The notes below the pieces were generated by a model. It ran no database searches, was not told the DNA's origin, and saw only the letters and a program-made list of their open reading frames with translations. Positions 33,974 through 45,459 of a DNA stretch of 64,000 nucleotides are shown one piece after another. Positions within the stretch are counted from its first letter, which is position 1, and each line of letters begins with the position of its first letter. This stretch comes from Savitreella phatthalungensis (taxonomy: Eukaryota): assembly GCA_051599415.1 (NCBI GenBank), contig AP039699.1, forward strand, positions 186,001 through 250,000, given 5' to 3'. Made by a program: the position numbers and the translations under genes.

Positions 33974-35548
33974 CTACCTGCCGCGCTTCTCGAAGCAGAA
34001 GGCCATGTAGAAATCAGAGCACTCCTTCTCATCACCATCGATTCCTCGTTCACCGTCCTTTCTCACAACGCCCAACCGATCAAGCAAGATTCCAGCATCG
34101 AAATCGTCCTTGTTCTCAGCAAACACTTCGGCAAACGGCTTGGCGTACACCAACTCGAGGTGATACTCCTCAGCCAGTGCTCTGAACGCCTCAAATGGTA
34201 CAACGTACTCAGGCACAATATCGACAGCATCCTTCAAGTAGAAGGTATATCGGTGTCCGTACGGCGGCCTAAACACCACAGCCTTCTCGTACTCGTCCCA
34301 GGGTGCAGCCTTGTCGAACTCGACCTTGTAGATGTCGTTACCCCAGGATGGAGGGGTGTCGAGATTGGCTGAGACAGCCTGTGCGGCTTTGCGGATGCGG
34401 GTGAGATGGGCGATGATGGCATCAGACGATGGGATGGTGCCAAGAAACTTGCCACCGCGGTCGAGCGCATCGCTCACATTCGCGAGCATCTGCCTAGCCT
34501 TCGCCTCGGTCTCATAGGCGTAGTGGAGGCAGAACTGCATCGACACCACATCGAACTTACGACCCGCCGCAGAACCACCACCCCGAAACAACTCAGCCTG
34601 GACGTTCCTCCCAAAGCAGTCAAACACGAAAAACTGGGCACGGAACGAAGCATGCCGCATCCGAGCATACCGTCCTCTCGCCTGCTCGATACTCACATCT
34701 GCCAGATCCAACCCAACGTAATTACGAATCCGAGCCTTGTCCCACTTCTGGAGATCGCCGCCCTTGCCGCACCCCAAGTCGAGGACGTCTGCGCCATTGC
34801 GAGCGAATTGTCTGATCAACGTGGCCTTGACCCAGTTGTTGAAGTTGCGGAGGTTGACGATGGGCGAGTGGTGGCGCTCGGTTCGATTTTGGGAAGGGCG
34901 AGCGTTGTAGTGAGATCTCACAACCTCGTCACCACGAAACGACCGATTCCGAAGCTCAGCAGCCTCGCGAGCACGCCTATCACGCTCATCAGCCAACCGA
35001 CGAGCATCCACACGAGACGCAGCAACCGAGCCAGGAGATACACCACGCCGCACAGGACGCTTCTGTCTAGACGGACTCCGAGATCGGGATCGCGATCGAC
35101 GGCGGTCACGGTCACGGTCGTGGGTCTGTGGACGCCGGCCGGGTGATCCGGATCTGCTGCGGCTGCGTAACCGAGGACGCGTGTCGGGACTTGTGCGGGT
35201 AGGGACGTCGGTAGGAGTGGAGGTGTCAGAAGGCCGAGATAGCCGGACTAAAGGCATCTCACCACCACCACCACCGCCTCCGGAGACACGCTCACGCTTA
35301 CGCATCTTGCTCGTCTTACTCACGTTGATAGGTTTCGCAGCACCGAGCTCAGAAGACACAGAGTCCTGCGGCTCCCCAGGCGCCATCAAAGAAGTGGTTC
35401 TTGTAGCAGCAGTAGCATCAGGCGTGGGAGCATCTGCAGGTTGAGGCGATCTAGCAGCACTCTCGTCGATAGACCGTCGAGGTGTGATGTCCTTCTCGAC
35501 GTAAGTGTCCTTCACGGGATCGTAAATCCGATCTTTCATCGTAGTCAT
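33974..35548 (-). CDS. ABD1: mRNA cap guanine-N7 methyltransferase (Abd1/Pcm1)
   Basis: VRSHYN, SPIVNLRNFNNWVK, VLDLGCGKGGDLQKW, SMQFCLHY and VPEYVVPF. Confidence 0.96.
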   Translation of the reverse strand: MTTMKDRIYDPVKDTYVEKDITPRRSIDESAARSPQPADAPTPDATAATRTTSLMAPGEPQDSVSSELGAAKPINVSKTSKMRKRERVSGGGGGGGEMPLVRLSRPSDTSTPTDVPTRTSPDTRPRLRSRSRSGSPGRRPQTHDRDRDRRRSRSRSRSPSRQKRPVRRGVSPGSVAASRVDARRLADERDRRAREAAELRNRSFRGDEVVRSHYNARPSQNRTERHHSPIVNLRNFNNWVKATLIRQFARNGADVLDLGCGKGGDLQKWDKARIRNYVGLDLADVSIEQARGRYARMRHASFRAQFFVFDCFGRNVQAELFRGGGSAAGRKFDVVSMQFCLHYAYETEAKARQMLANVSDALDRGGKFLGTIPSSDAIIAHLTRIRKAAQAVSANLDTPPSWGNDIYKVEFDKAAPWDEYEKAVVFRPPYGHRYTFYLKDAVDIVPEYVVPFEAFRALAEEYHLELVYAKPFAEVFAENKDDFDAGILLDRLGVVRKDGERGIDGDEKECSDFYMAFCFEKRGR

Positions 35549-35874
35549 CCAAAGTAGATAGATCTAGCCTCAACGACTAGCCTTTCAGCAGAGCAAGAGT
35601 CGTAAGAGGCTGGGATGCTGCCGTCTGAAGTAGTATGAGGATGTGGGAGAGTGTGCTTGCTTGCATGCCCTGCTGCATAAAATCAAACGAGAATTGTGCA
35701 AAGAAACGAGATCACCATCACAGTGACGAAAGAAGACCAAGTCTTGCTAGACCTTCACATCGTCATACGTTCTCGAGTCAGCGAGTGTAACAACACGCGT
35801 ATAGCTGAGGCTGGCGAGTCATCTCAAGAGTACCTTCCAGCTTGTGGATCAGGAGCTATAGTGCGCTGGAGATT

Positions 35875-36678
35875 ATGAGGGTGAAGAGAGCTGTGGCTTT
35901 GGCGACAATGAGGACATTATCAGTTCCCGTCCTGTTGTCAAAGACTCCTTCAGTAAGGCTGTGCAGCGCATGTCTCGCTCAGAAGAGATTCAACTCAGGT
36001 GTATCAAATGGTGAAGCTAAGGAGAGACAGACACCAACAGCTTTCAGAAGACCGCATTACGCAGGCTTCTACAACCTGATCATGGAGCAGAAATCCAACC
36101 CACGAGGAGCAGACGGAAGTGGCGGCGTAGCCGAAGGGACTCGGATACGCATTAAGCTTCCTGCTGATGATGCTGCTGCCGCTGCGGGCGCAACGGATGC
36201 AGCGGCGGGTGGAGGAATCGTCTTTTACTCTAGGCTGGCAGGATACCCGGAGAACAGGCCTGACGCTAACAAGGCAAAGGTGTATGCCGGGGTGACAGTT
36301 CCAGCCCGGCCAGAAGAACCCTTGAATTGCTGTCAGAGCGGCTGTATCCACTGCGTCTGGGATATCTACAGGGAAGACGTTGAGGACTACCAGGCTAAGA
36401 GGAAAGAAGCTAGAGCTGCACTCCTCGCCGGAGGTCATGTCATCCCACAGGAGCTTGGAGGTGGTGGGCGAGCAGCTGGTAGCCAGGCGGGAAGTGTAGG
36501 ACGAGCAAGTCAGAATGAAGGAGCAAGAACTTCTCAGAGAGGAGTGGGTGAGGACAAGGCAGGTGGAATGGAAGAGGACGAGGAAGACATGATTGGACAA
36601 CTGTCTCCTCAGCTTCAAGCTTTCATCCAGCTCGAGAAGAGTCTGAAAGAGAAGAGACTGCTTTCTTCCAGGTCCTGA
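35875..36678 (+). CDS. Oxidoreductase-like domain protein (UPF0651-type), probably mitochondrial
   Basis: PARPEEPLNCCQSGCIHCVWDIYRE motif and C-terminal AFIQLEKSLK. The start could be 35875 or 35908. Confidence 0.8.
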   Translation: MRVKRAVALATMRTLSVPVLLSKTPSVRLCSACLAQKRFNSGVSNGEAKERQTPTAFRRPHYAGFYNLIMEQKSNPRGADGSGGVAEGTRIRIKLPADDAAAAAGATDAAAGGGIVFYSRLAGYPENRPDANKAKVYAGVTVPARPEEPLNCCQSGCIHCVWDIYREDVEDYQAKRKEARAALLAGGHVIPQELGGGGRAAGSQAGSVGRASQNEGARTSQRGVGEDKAGGMEEDEEDMIGQLSPQLQAFIQLEKSLKEKRLLSSRS

Positions 36679-37414
36679 CTTGTGTGAGTAGTCGAGTCAG
36701 TCTACTGCCTTGTATACACGATACTCATACACTCACTCACTCACTCACTTACTCACCCATGCCACTTTATATCTATATAGTATATCCACAGCTTCATTGA
36801 TCCTTGGTCACTCTGTAGCTTGACGAATTGATGATGATGACTTGACTGTAATCAACAATCGATCTTCTAGAGGTGTGTCCCTCCATCGATCCACATTGTC
36901 ACTCCATCATCATCATCGAGTCAACTCACTCTATCATGCATTCATCTTCGAATAAAATAAACTGCATGCTTCACCCACGCAATTGACAATTGTACGTACT
37001 CACTCATACACACTCATACACAGACATCATCATCATCATCTCCATCATCTTCGTCATACAGGATCCTCCAAGTCTACCACTACGATAACAACTTACAAAA
37101 TTCACGGAGGACAGTCACAGTAAGCTTCAGACGACGTCAAACAACGTCTACCTTTCCGTCTTTCAACCAACTCACTCATCTCTTCCAAGGAGAGATCTGA
37201 GTAGAGTCCATCCATTACTTCTCTCAATGTCCCTCATCATCTCCTTCACCCTCTAGATTCTACGCGTTCAATCTCGCTCACAGAGTCCTCTGCTGCTCTC
37301 TTAGCCCTCGCAGCTTTCTAGTGTTTGTTCGTTCGTCCACCTATCATCCAGCTTGATCCAACTTCTAGATCCCGCAACCTCGAGCTCAACTTCCTTCACC
37401 CCAACATCTCCCCG

Positions 37415-40400
37415 ATGCATGACCGTGTCAAACGCTCAAGGACACTTTCAGCAGACTACACAGAGCTCTCAGCACGAAACCTCTCCAGACGAGCTAGACA
37501 CACAAACGCTCACAACCTTGGTTCCGATAGAAACCCCGCGGCAGCAACAGAAGACGACGACGCTGCCACATCCATTGGCGTCACCCCGTCCATCATCTCT
37601 ACTGAAGACCAACTAGAATCAGACATCCCCTCCCCGCAAGCCATGTCGCAGGACGGCATGGATGACTCAGATACATCCTCCCGGCAACGTCCCTCAAGGC
37701 AAGAGCAACTGAAACAGCTTCAGGAAGCTATCGATAGCACCTCCCTCCGCCAGGACGATGGCGTTGTCGCAGATCCTCATGCAGCTCACTACATCATCCC
37801 TGCTGATTGGTGGGCAGAATACATGGACTGGCTCAGGACAGGGGACGGCTCAGAACCGGACGATCTCGATCTTGAATCAGGTCTCGAGCATCTCAAGGAT
37901 GACTCGAATGAGCTTCGCTCTGATCTCGTCCCTGGTGAGGACTTCACCCTTCTTACGGTCGATGAGTGGACACTCATCCAGTCGTGGTACGGAACAGAAG
38001 GTGACGAAGTCATCCGATATGCCCTCAAGCGGTCAGACGGAACATTCGGACTCGAGCTGAGGCCAACCGAATTCCACCTAAGCCTGTATGATGCAGAGAA
38101 CAGGGCATTCAGTGAGCTCCGCTCAGTCAGAATGTATCGGCGCAAGCCCATGGACGACCTGTACGAAAAAGTCCGGCATCGGTTTGATCTCGGCCCAAAT
38201 GTCCAGATCCGCTTCTGGCATGCGTCTTCGGGAGCGAGCGGTGGCGGCAGGCTTGCAACGCTCGAAGAGCTCCAGACCTCCATCTCCAAGACATATGACA
38301 ACAGCTCAATCGCAAGTCAGACTGGCGATGAGACGACCTTCATCATCGAGACGCGCAAAAGTGGCGCGGCAAAGTGGCCTCTCGACGAGGCAGTGCCAGC
38401 TGCACGAGCTCGTGGGGCCTCTGCCGCTGGATCTACTGCCATCTCAGCGGACTCTAGCAATGTAGCTCGTCCCTCGGTTGCTACAAGAGCCCGACCACGA
38501 GGCACCAAAGGTCTCGTCAATCTAGGCAACACGTGCTACATGGCGTCAGCCCTCCAGTGTCTCTCACACGTCAAGGAGCTCGTCGAGTACTTCCTTTCTG
38601 GCGCATTCAAGGACGAACTGAATGATGACAATCCTCTGGGCTATGGCGGGAGGGTCGCCACTGCCTATGCTCGTCTGCTCGAGATGCTATACAGCGATGA
38701 CACCCAGCGTGCCGTCAGACCGAGTGAGCTCAAGATGACGCTCGGCAACATCAATCAGAGTTTCGGCGGATATCAGCAGCAAGACTCGCAGGAACTGCTC
38801 GCATTCCTTCTCGACGCTTTGCACGAGGACACAAATCGAATTCGCAAGAAACCAGCCACCGAACGACCAGATATCGGCAGTGTTTCTGACGACGAGCTTC
38901 TGCGTCTCGGCGAAGAGGCCTGGCACATCCACAAGAGGCGCAACGATTCCGTCATCGTCGACCTTCTCCAGGGCGTCTACAAGAGCACGCTTGTATGTCC
39001 TGTGTGCGAACATGTCAGTGTCACTTTCGATCCTTTCTCCGACCTCTCGCTTCCTTTACCCTTCCGCACGTTCTGGTCGCATGAACTCGTCTTCGTGCCC
39101 TTGACAGGCAAGCAGAAGAAGCTATGGATCGAGCTGGAACAGAACGCATCCATTGCACATATCGTTGCCTACCTGTCCAAGAAGTTCGACGTGCCGACCG
39201 ATCGCATCGCTGGCGCGGAGGTCTGGAAGTCGCGCTTCTACAAGATGTACTCGAGTTATATGCCTGTCACGGTCATCGAGCGCGCAGACGTCGCTTACTT
39301 CTACGAGCTTGACAGACCGGATCCGCGGTCTGTTCGTGATTCGACGGATCTCCTGATCCCAGTATACACGTCAAAGCCAGAAACGAAGCAGAGCATATCT
39401 CTTACGGCCGTCGACACGCCTTTCATGCTCGTCCTGCCAGAGGACGAATTAAAAGACTACGATGCGATCCAGGACAAGATTCTGCAGGGATACTCCCGCT
39501 TCACCACGTCGACCGATCTCAATGCGGAAGACTTGACAAAAGAGCAAGAGCAGCCGCAGAACGTCAACAATGACAGTCCTGAAGACTCTTCCGAAGGCGA
39601 CAATGACGATGCAAAGTCGGATGCCTCTGCTGAGATCGCTGTCAATCGTCGAGCAGCTCGTCAGCACAGACTATCGCTTCACACGCATACTGTCCCACAG
39701 GCTACACCACTTGTCATCAAAGTTGCGCAGGCGAAGCGCGAATTCTTCTCCAACAGTCAGACAATGCCGTTGCGCGATCGTCTCGTCAGTGCGGCAACAC
39801 GACCACCTCCTCGTTTCGAGCCGATTCGACCACGGCAATTGACCCCGCCCGAGGACGCTCCACCATCCTACAACGACTTCGATTCTGCCTCCATGCGTGG
39901 CGATACCTCTCGGCGCACCACGCCGGACATTGACATGAACGACACGAGTGATGAAGAGGGCGAAGATGGCAGAAGCGCTCTTCGAATTGAGTCACGGATC
40001 GAGGAAGACGTCGGGTCGCCAGTCGCGGAATTCACACCTTTTGAGCCGACACTGATCACGCCGTCCGCGGACGAGCTAGATGACCCTATGCTGGGCGAGA
40101 AGGCAATAGTCAGAGATCCGCAGCCTGACGTGACAACCTCCACAGAGCCACTCCTACATGACGGCGATAATCTCGTGTGCGAGTGGTCGCACACAGCCTA
40201 CGATTTATTCTTCTCACACGAACAGGAGACACTCGCTGGCAAGTCCTTGTGGGAAGAGTACGAGATCGTGACGGATGCCGCCATGGAAGCCCGCCGTGCA
40301 GAGCGAGAGCAGTCGCGCGAGAAGGTGAAGAGCCTTGACGATTGTCTGGACGAGTTCGCGAAGGAGGAACCTCTAGATGCAGCAAACGCTTGGTACTGTC

Positions 40401-41365
40401 CCAAGTGCAAGCAGCACCAGCAAGCCAACAAGACATTCGAACTATGGCGAGCAGGCGATGTGCTTGTATTTCACCTCAAGCGATTTAGCAACTCTCGTTC
40501 GCTCGCAGACAAAATCGATGCGGAAATTCGGTTCCCAGTCAAGGGCCTCGATCTGAGCAATCGGCTTGGAGAACGCAAGCTGCTCGCAGCTCGCGGCGAC
40601 AAAGACCTTCCGGAAGCAATCTATGACCTCACAGGCGTCGTCAATCACTACGGCGGCCTCGGCGGTGGACACTACACTGCCTTCGCTCAGACTTTCGATG
40701 ACGGACTCTACCACAACTTCAACGATGCCAGCGTCAACAACATCGAGGCTGACACGCTCGTGTCGTCGTCTGCATACCTGCTCTTTTACCGGCGCCGATC
40801 ATCGACGCCTCTCGGCGGCCAAGCTCTGCAAGACAAGATTCAGGCTGGCTTCGCTGCTAAGCACCAGCAGCAACTTTCGGTCGCAAGCGCCAGCACAAGC
40901 ACATCTAATACTTCATCTTCCAACTCGCGTTTCCTGCGCGAGTTGTCCGCTCCAGTGCTCCTGGGTGAGGAGCGATCTATGTCGGCGGGTCCGACAGGTT
41001 CTCCAAGCTCATCTCCTGCGTTGTCGATCGCAAATCTGCCGTACACGCCGGCGAATCTGTCGTTTGATGTACCGCCACCACTGCCTGTCCGGCAACATGG
41101 GTTCACGCGATCCCTTGGTGGAGCAAATCCGACCTCATTCTCCTCTTCGACCACATCGGACACCCCCGCAGACCCTGCCTCCGCATACCAGCCGCCAGCC
41201 AGCAACCCGTTCACCGCCACCACCACCTGGGGATCCGCTCTCCACCAGGTCCCCCTTTCACAGCCGCAGGGACGGCTTACCCAAATCGACGCTGAGGGTC
41301 GATCTCCTGACCATGACGATGACGATGACGAAGCACATGCCATTCACGTCGAGCGGGCTTTCTAG
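37415..41365 (+). CDS. UBP12: Ubiquitin-specific protease, Ubp12/USP15 family (DUSP + USP)
   Basis: DUSP-like YIIPADWW..LIQSWYG, Cys box GLVNLGNTCYMASALQCL, QQDSQELL, WYCPKCK and His box NHYGGLGGGHYTAF. Confidence 0.92.
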   Translation: MHDRVKRSRTLSADYTELSARNLSRRARHTNAHNLGSDRNPAAATEDDDAATSIGVTPSIISTEDQLESDIPSPQAMSQDGMDDSDTSSRQRPSRQEQLKQLQEAIDSTSLRQDDGVVADPHAAHYIIPADWWAEYMDWLRTGDGSEPDDLDLESGLEHLKDDSNELRSDLVPGEDFTLLTVDEWTLIQSWYGTEGDEVIRYALKRSDGTFGLELRPTEFHLSLYDAENRAFSELRSVRMYRRKPMDDLYEKVRHRFDLGPNVQIRFWHASSGASGGGRLATLEELQTSISKTYDNSSIASQTGDETTFIIETRKSGAAKWPLDEAVPAARARGASAAGSTAISADSSNVARPSVATRARPRGTKGLVNLGNTCYMASALQCLSHVKELVEYFLSGAFKDELNDDNPLGYGGRVATAYARLLEMLYSDDTQRAVRPSELKMTLGNINQSFGGYQQQDSQELLAFLLDALHEDTNRIRKKPATERPDIGSVSDDELLRLGEEAWHIHKRRNDSVIVDLLQGVYKSTLVCPVCEHVSVTFDPFSDLSLPLPFRTFWSHELVFVPLTGKQKKLWIELEQNASIAHIVAYLSKKFDVPTDRIAGAEVWKSRFYKMYSSYMPVTVIERADVAYFYELDRPDPRSVRDSTDLLIPVYTSKPETKQSISLTAVDTPFMLVLPEDELKDYDAIQDKILQGYSRFTTSTDLNAEDLTKEQEQPQNVNNDSPEDSSEGDNDDAKSDASAEIAVNRRAARQHRLSLHTHTVPQATPLVIKVAQAKREFFSNSQTMPLRDRLVSAATRPPPRFEPIRPRQLTPPEDAPPSYNDFDSASMRGDTSRRTTPDIDMNDTSDEEGEDGRSALRIESRIEEDVGSPVAEFTPFEPTLITPSADELDDPMLGEKAIVRDPQPDVTTSTEPLLHDGDNLVCEWSHTAYDLFFSHEQETLAGKSLWEEYEIVTDAAMEARRAEREQSREKVKSLDDCLDEFAKEEPLDAANAWYCPKCKQHQQANKTFELWRAGDVLVFHLKRFSNSRSLADKIDAEIRFPVKGLDLSNRLGERKLLAARGDKDLPEAIYDLTGVVNHYGGLGGGHYTAFAQTFDDGLYHNFNDASVNNIEADTLVSSSAYLLFYRRRSSTPLGGQALQDKIQAGFAAKHQQQLSVASASTSTSNTSSSNSRFLRELSAPVLLGEERSMSAGPTGSPSSSPALSIANLPYTPANLSFDVPPPLPVRQHGFTRSLGGANPTSFSSSTTSDTPADPASAYQPPASNPFTATTTWGSALHQVPLSQPQGRLTQIDAEGRSPDHDDDDDEAHAIHVERAF

Positions 41366-41490
41366 AGAGGTAGACGTGACAAAAGTTAAAAGCGATTTCA
41401 TATCCTCAAGACCAGCACTAGCTAAAGCTAGAGACAACCTTTAGATTTACAGGTCAATCATGTACTGTACACCATGTGGCCTCTCCACGA

Positions 41491-42081
41491 CTACTGCCGA
41501 CGACCTTTTTTCTGCACAAGCTCGAAGCCGTCCTCGTCAACAACAGGCTCTATCGTATGCCGTCTAGTAGATGCTTCCCCTGCCTGAGTATCGACATCCA
41601 TCATCTCGTCATCACCATTTCCATCTTCGTGATCCTCGTCGCCTTCGTCAGACGAGTCGTCATCGTCACCCTCTGTCCGCTCGCGCCGTGACGCCGATGG
41701 TGTAGCTTTGTTTCCGCGTGCCTCGAACTTCTCCTTCATCTGCTTGATCTCGTCAAAGTCTCCCCTGCAACAACACCCATGGAGTCGGATGACTTCCCTG
41801 GCGACAGCGATGGCAGAATCGTCTTCGAGAGAGACCTCGAACTCGTCAGACATCACCTGCATCAGCACATCTTCAATATCCAGCTCCTCCACCGACACAT
41901 CCGCACTCTTCTCGTCCTCCCCTACCGCAGTGGGAAACATGTCCACCACAATACCAGCCAGCCAGTCCCGTTTGCCTTCGCTCTCAGCACCGCCCCAGCC
42001 ATTACTCACAGCTAGCGTCAAAGCCTCCCATCGATACAGCGTCAATGCGACACCGAGCTCAAAGTACTGCTGACCTGACAT
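41491..42081 (-). CDS. TSR2: Pre-rRNA processing protein Tsr2
   Basis: WEALTLAVSNGWGG (WGG motif), MSDEFEVSLEDDS and C-terminal VDEDGFELVQKK. Confidence 0.92.
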   Translation of the reverse strand: MSGQQYFELGVALTLYRWEALTLAVSNGWGGAESEGKRDWLAGIVVDMFPTAVGEDEKSADVSVEELDIEDVLMQVMSDEFEVSLEDDSAIAVAREVIRLHGCCCRGDFDEIKQMKEKFEARGNKATPSASRRERTEGDDDDSSDEGDEDHEDGNGDDEMMDVDTQAGEASTRRHTIEPVVDEDGFELVQKKGRRQ

Positions 42082-42173
42082 CAAGACAGATGTGTTGTGC
42101 CTGAGGGTAATTGATCAATCACAATATTGTATACAGTACATGTCATTTATTTACTTTCATACCTCCGGGAATC

Positions 42174-43562
42174 TTAAATTGAGGCCGTCTTCAAATCACG
42201 ATCTGTTGGAGTAGATGATGAGCCGGAAGTCGGAGCGTCTCTGAGACAAGGTGCGTAGAAGAGTGTGCCTTTCCATGCCTGCCTGAGCGTGAGTGCCATG
42301 ACGAGTGTGTAGAGGAGGACGACTGCCCATGACATGATCTCGCCAAGGACGAGGAAGAAAGGTGCGCCGAAGGCCTGGCCGAGGGCAAGCGTGCCTGTGG
42401 CGAGCGACCCCAACGGGAACGTGAACGACCACCAGCCCATCGTGAATGGGAATCCGTCACCCCGTAGGTGATCGAGCACGGCAAAGATCGCAATCACCAA
42501 CCACCACATACTGAAACCCCACAAGATCAACCCAATCAGCGCACCACCAGCAGCGAGAATCTCACCGCCCCGCGCGTCAACGATCGCGTCAGCGGCGGAC
42601 AGACCTGTTGCAGTGACGGTGCGCGCAGCAGCGATCTTTGGAAAGAGGCCCCTTGCGCGGATTCCGAGAGTGGCGATGGCGTAGACGCCCTGGCCGAGGA
42701 AGCCGATCGGTAGCCAGATGGAGACGATGAGCTGCCTTGGAGGGAGGTGGTGGAAGATGAGGCGCTGGAGGTAGAGCATGAGGATCATGGCAGCGAGGAG
42801 GACGCCAAAGCCCCAGAGTGCGTAGCCGACCAGGAGCGTCGTGAATGCGTGGCCGTCCGACAAATGTGGGATCAAGACGGCTGCCGCTGTCGACGCCACG
42901 GGCGCACTGACAATCGGCAGGAGCCACAAGGACGAAGTCTCCTCGACACTCGCGTGCACGTGCCGAGAGATCATAGCGTAAGTCACCAAGAAGCACGTCG
43001 CCACTGACATCACCACATCAGCCCACCAGCCTACCCAGGCCACCGTCACAACACCCGTACCAAATCGAGATCCGGTGTAGACGGCCATGTTGACAATCGT
43101 CGCCCACGCCATCGGCACAGTACCGACGTATAGCGACTCGGACGGGTGCTTTATGAGCAGTAGCGGGATCTTTGGGAACATGATGTATCGGATGATTGTG
43201 GCGATTGTGAAGATTGTGAAGAGGAGGATGTTGGCAAGGAAGAAGACTACGCCGGCAGTCCGCTGTCCAGGACCTCTGTAGGGCATCAGGAACAGCACCT
43301 CAGACACAATTCCGGTGCCCATACACACGCTGAACCATGACAGTGTAAAGTTCTTCAGCCGTCGACGCGTCTCTGGCCACCGCAGCGACTCACAAGCAGT
43401 CTCCTTCTCATCCGACCGAGCAACCTCCTCACCACCAAATCCACCTGACCCCGAACCACCCACAGAGTCCGTGTCCGAAGTCTGCTGACCACCCGCCGTG
43501 TCATTCATCCCAGCAGAGTTGGTCGTCTGAGTACCTTTCGTCAATGCCGTAGTCATAGTCAT
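42174..43562 (-). CDS. SLAC1/TDT family anion transporter (Ssu1/Mae1-like)
   Basis: NFTLSWFSVCMGTGI, WLLPIV, LPIGFLGQG and FTMGWWSFTFPLG, with about 10 hydrophobic segments. Confidence 0.9.
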   Translation of the reverse strand: MTMTTALTKGTQTTNSAGMNDTAGGQQTSDTDSVGGSGSGGFGGEEVARSDEKETACESLRWPETRRRLKNFTLSWFSVCMGTGIVSEVLFLMPYRGPGQRTAGVVFFLANILLFTIFTIATIIRYIMFPKIPLLLIKHPSESLYVGTVPMAWATIVNMAVYTGSRFGTGVVTVAWVGWWADVVMSVATCFLVTYAMISRHVHASVEETSSLWLLPIVSAPVASTAAAVLIPHLSDGHAFTTLLVGYALWGFGVLLAAMILMLYLQRLIFHHLPPRQLIVSIWLPIGFLGQGVYAIATLGIRARGLFPKIAAARTVTATGLSAADAIVDARGGEILAAGGALIGLILWGFSMWWLVIAIFAVLDHLRGDGFPFTMGWWSFTFPLGSLATGTLALGQAFGAPFFLVLGEIMSWAVVLLYTLVMALTLRQAWKGTLFYAPCLRDAPTSGSSSTPTDRDLKTASI

Positions 43563-43969
43563 CGGCGTCAGCGCCAGCCGCAAATGATTAAGGAAGAGGA
43601 ACAGATGAGTCTGCAGGGATGAGAGTACAGGATTGACGGTGTTGTTCTTTGACTTTATGACTCCGGTAGAAGTGTCATTAGAGATTCCGTGAATTAGATT
43701 GCATCTTCAAATTCCGTCACGTGCATTCATTCTTAATTGACTCCACCAAAAAAACCCGTGCAACTTTCCCAGCTCAAAGCGAGAATAGAAAAAAAGTAAA
43801 CAAAACAATCCACAACAAACAACATCAGCGCCGACGACATCACCCATCGCACAAGTTACTCACAAGGAGCAGACGTCGTCAACGTCAACTTCAGACTACA
43901 CGACCTCCTTTTCAGCTGGGAAGTCAACTGAGACGTGTTAAGCGTGATTGCTTGCTTCAATCCTGTGCG

Positions 43970-45331
43970 ATGAACCACTCTGTGAGTGGTTACCAGGGAA
44001 ACTGGATCTACCCAGTTCTTTCCCCGGACGAGATCCTCCAATGTATGACAGAACTCGGGATCCCTCTGACGCTCGACGATCTGCAAAAGCCATCTGCAAG
44101 CAAGATGCAAGTGGTCTATACCGCGTTTGCCGATATCATCATGGGGGTAACAAAGGACTACTTTGACGCGTCGATCGCCAGCTGCGAAGCTGCCCAAGAC
44201 TCCCCTGACCACTTTGATATCTACGCAGATTCCCTCCTCCTCGTCATCTTCTACCAGCATCTACACGTCCTCATGAAGGAAGTCGGTTTCCCTGAGTTTG
44301 CACTGAGCGACATCACTCGGCCCGACCCAAAACGCATCAGGCGAATCCTCTCTGCCATCATCAACTTTGCCAAGTTCAGAGAAGAGCGTCTAGAGGTGTA
44401 CGATCGATTCACTCACAAAGCTGGCGAGTACGCACAGCGCCTAGACGACCTGACCGCGATGCGTCAGGAGCTCGAGGAGCGGCTGGAGCGTGCAAAGGAG
44501 CGCAGACTGGAGGAAGAACCACTTGTCGGTGCGGCAAAGGAGAAGAACGAAGGGCTGACAAACGAGCTGTATGAGCTTAAACGGATTGAGGCCGGGACGA
44601 TGGCAGAATACGATAAGCTCAAGTCCGACAAGGCGGAACTGACTGAGCGACTGCACGCCAACCAGGTCCTCCGCCAGAATACAGAGCGTGAAGTGGCCAA
44701 GGTGAAGTCGAGAATCGTTCATTCACCAGAGAAGCTCCGGAGCGCACTTACAGACCTCGCCGGATCACTGCAGAACGAGCGTCAGGCAGTTGCAGACAAG
44801 TCGCGCAAGCGTAGGGAGCTCGTCGCCAAGCAGGATCTTCTAGAATCTCTCGAGGCAGACGTCCAGACGTGCGTGAAGCTGATGGAGGAATGCGAGCAAG
44901 AGCTGTCCCGCGTTGATACCGCCCAGCGTCGTGTTGCCCAGTTCGAGGAACAACTCCACGACAAATCGCTCGAGGTGCGTGAGCTCAACAAGCGCGAAGA
45001 GCAGCTCAAGCGGAAGCTCGCAAACGCACACGACAAGCTCGACAGAGCATCACGCCAGCTAGAAGCCAAGCGTGCAGCTGCCAGGGACCGTATGGCTGGG
45101 ATTGCGCAGGAGAGGAAAGCCGTCTTGGAAGACCGCGCACGCGCAGATAACGACATGGATGCGAAGAAGGCACTGATCGAGGAGTTCAATGCCAAGATGG
45201 CTGAACTCAGGCACGACGCACAACTCGAGCAGGAAGGCGTCAATGCGGAATTCGCCAAACTCCGAGCACACGTCACACAGTACATGAAAGAGGTCTCACA
45301 AGCCATGGAACAGACTGCGCAAGCTCTGTAG
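43970..45331 (+). CDS. NUF2: Kinetochore Ndc80-complex subunit Nuf2
   Basis: YPVLSPDEILQCM, DLQKP and RRILSAIINFAKFREER, then a long coiled coil with IVHSPEKL. Confidence 0.93.
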   Translation: MNHSVSGYQGNWIYPVLSPDEILQCMTELGIPLTLDDLQKPSASKMQVVYTAFADIIMGVTKDYFDASIASCEAAQDSPDHFDIYADSLLLVIFYQHLHVLMKEVGFPEFALSDITRPDPKRIRRILSAIINFAKFREERLEVYDRFTHKAGEYAQRLDDLTAMRQELEERLERAKERRLEEEPLVGAAKEKNEGLTNELYELKRIEAGTMAEYDKLKSDKAELTERLHANQVLRQNTEREVAKVKSRIVHSPEKLRSALTDLAGSLQNERQAVADKSRKRRELVAKQDLLESLEADVQTCVKLMEECEQELSRVDTAQRRVAQFEEQLHDKSLEVRELNKREEQLKRKLANAHDKLDRASRQLEAKRAAARDRMAGIAQERKAVLEDRARADNDMDAKKALIEEFNAKMAELRHDAQLEQEGVNAEFAKLRAHVTQYMKEVSQAMEQTAQAL

Positions 45332-45459
45332 TCCACTACCTCCCTCAAACACGCACACTGTACCACCACAGCGACCTATCATTTGTATATACCATACCAT
45401 AGCGGACAATTCCTATAGTATAACTTTATCTTGTCAGTAACGCGAGTAAATCTAGCCGC

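Noticed and set aside
37112..37119. Homol-D-like CAGTCACA upstream of UBP12
   Set aside because: A single 8-mer at a non-ribosomal-protein gene is compatible with chance.
43721..43969. GTG-initiated N-terminal extension of NUF2 (similar TTG/GTG extensions for SNX41, UBP12 and the P450)
   Set aside because: Family similarity begins after the first ATG, and the extensions read like leader sequence.
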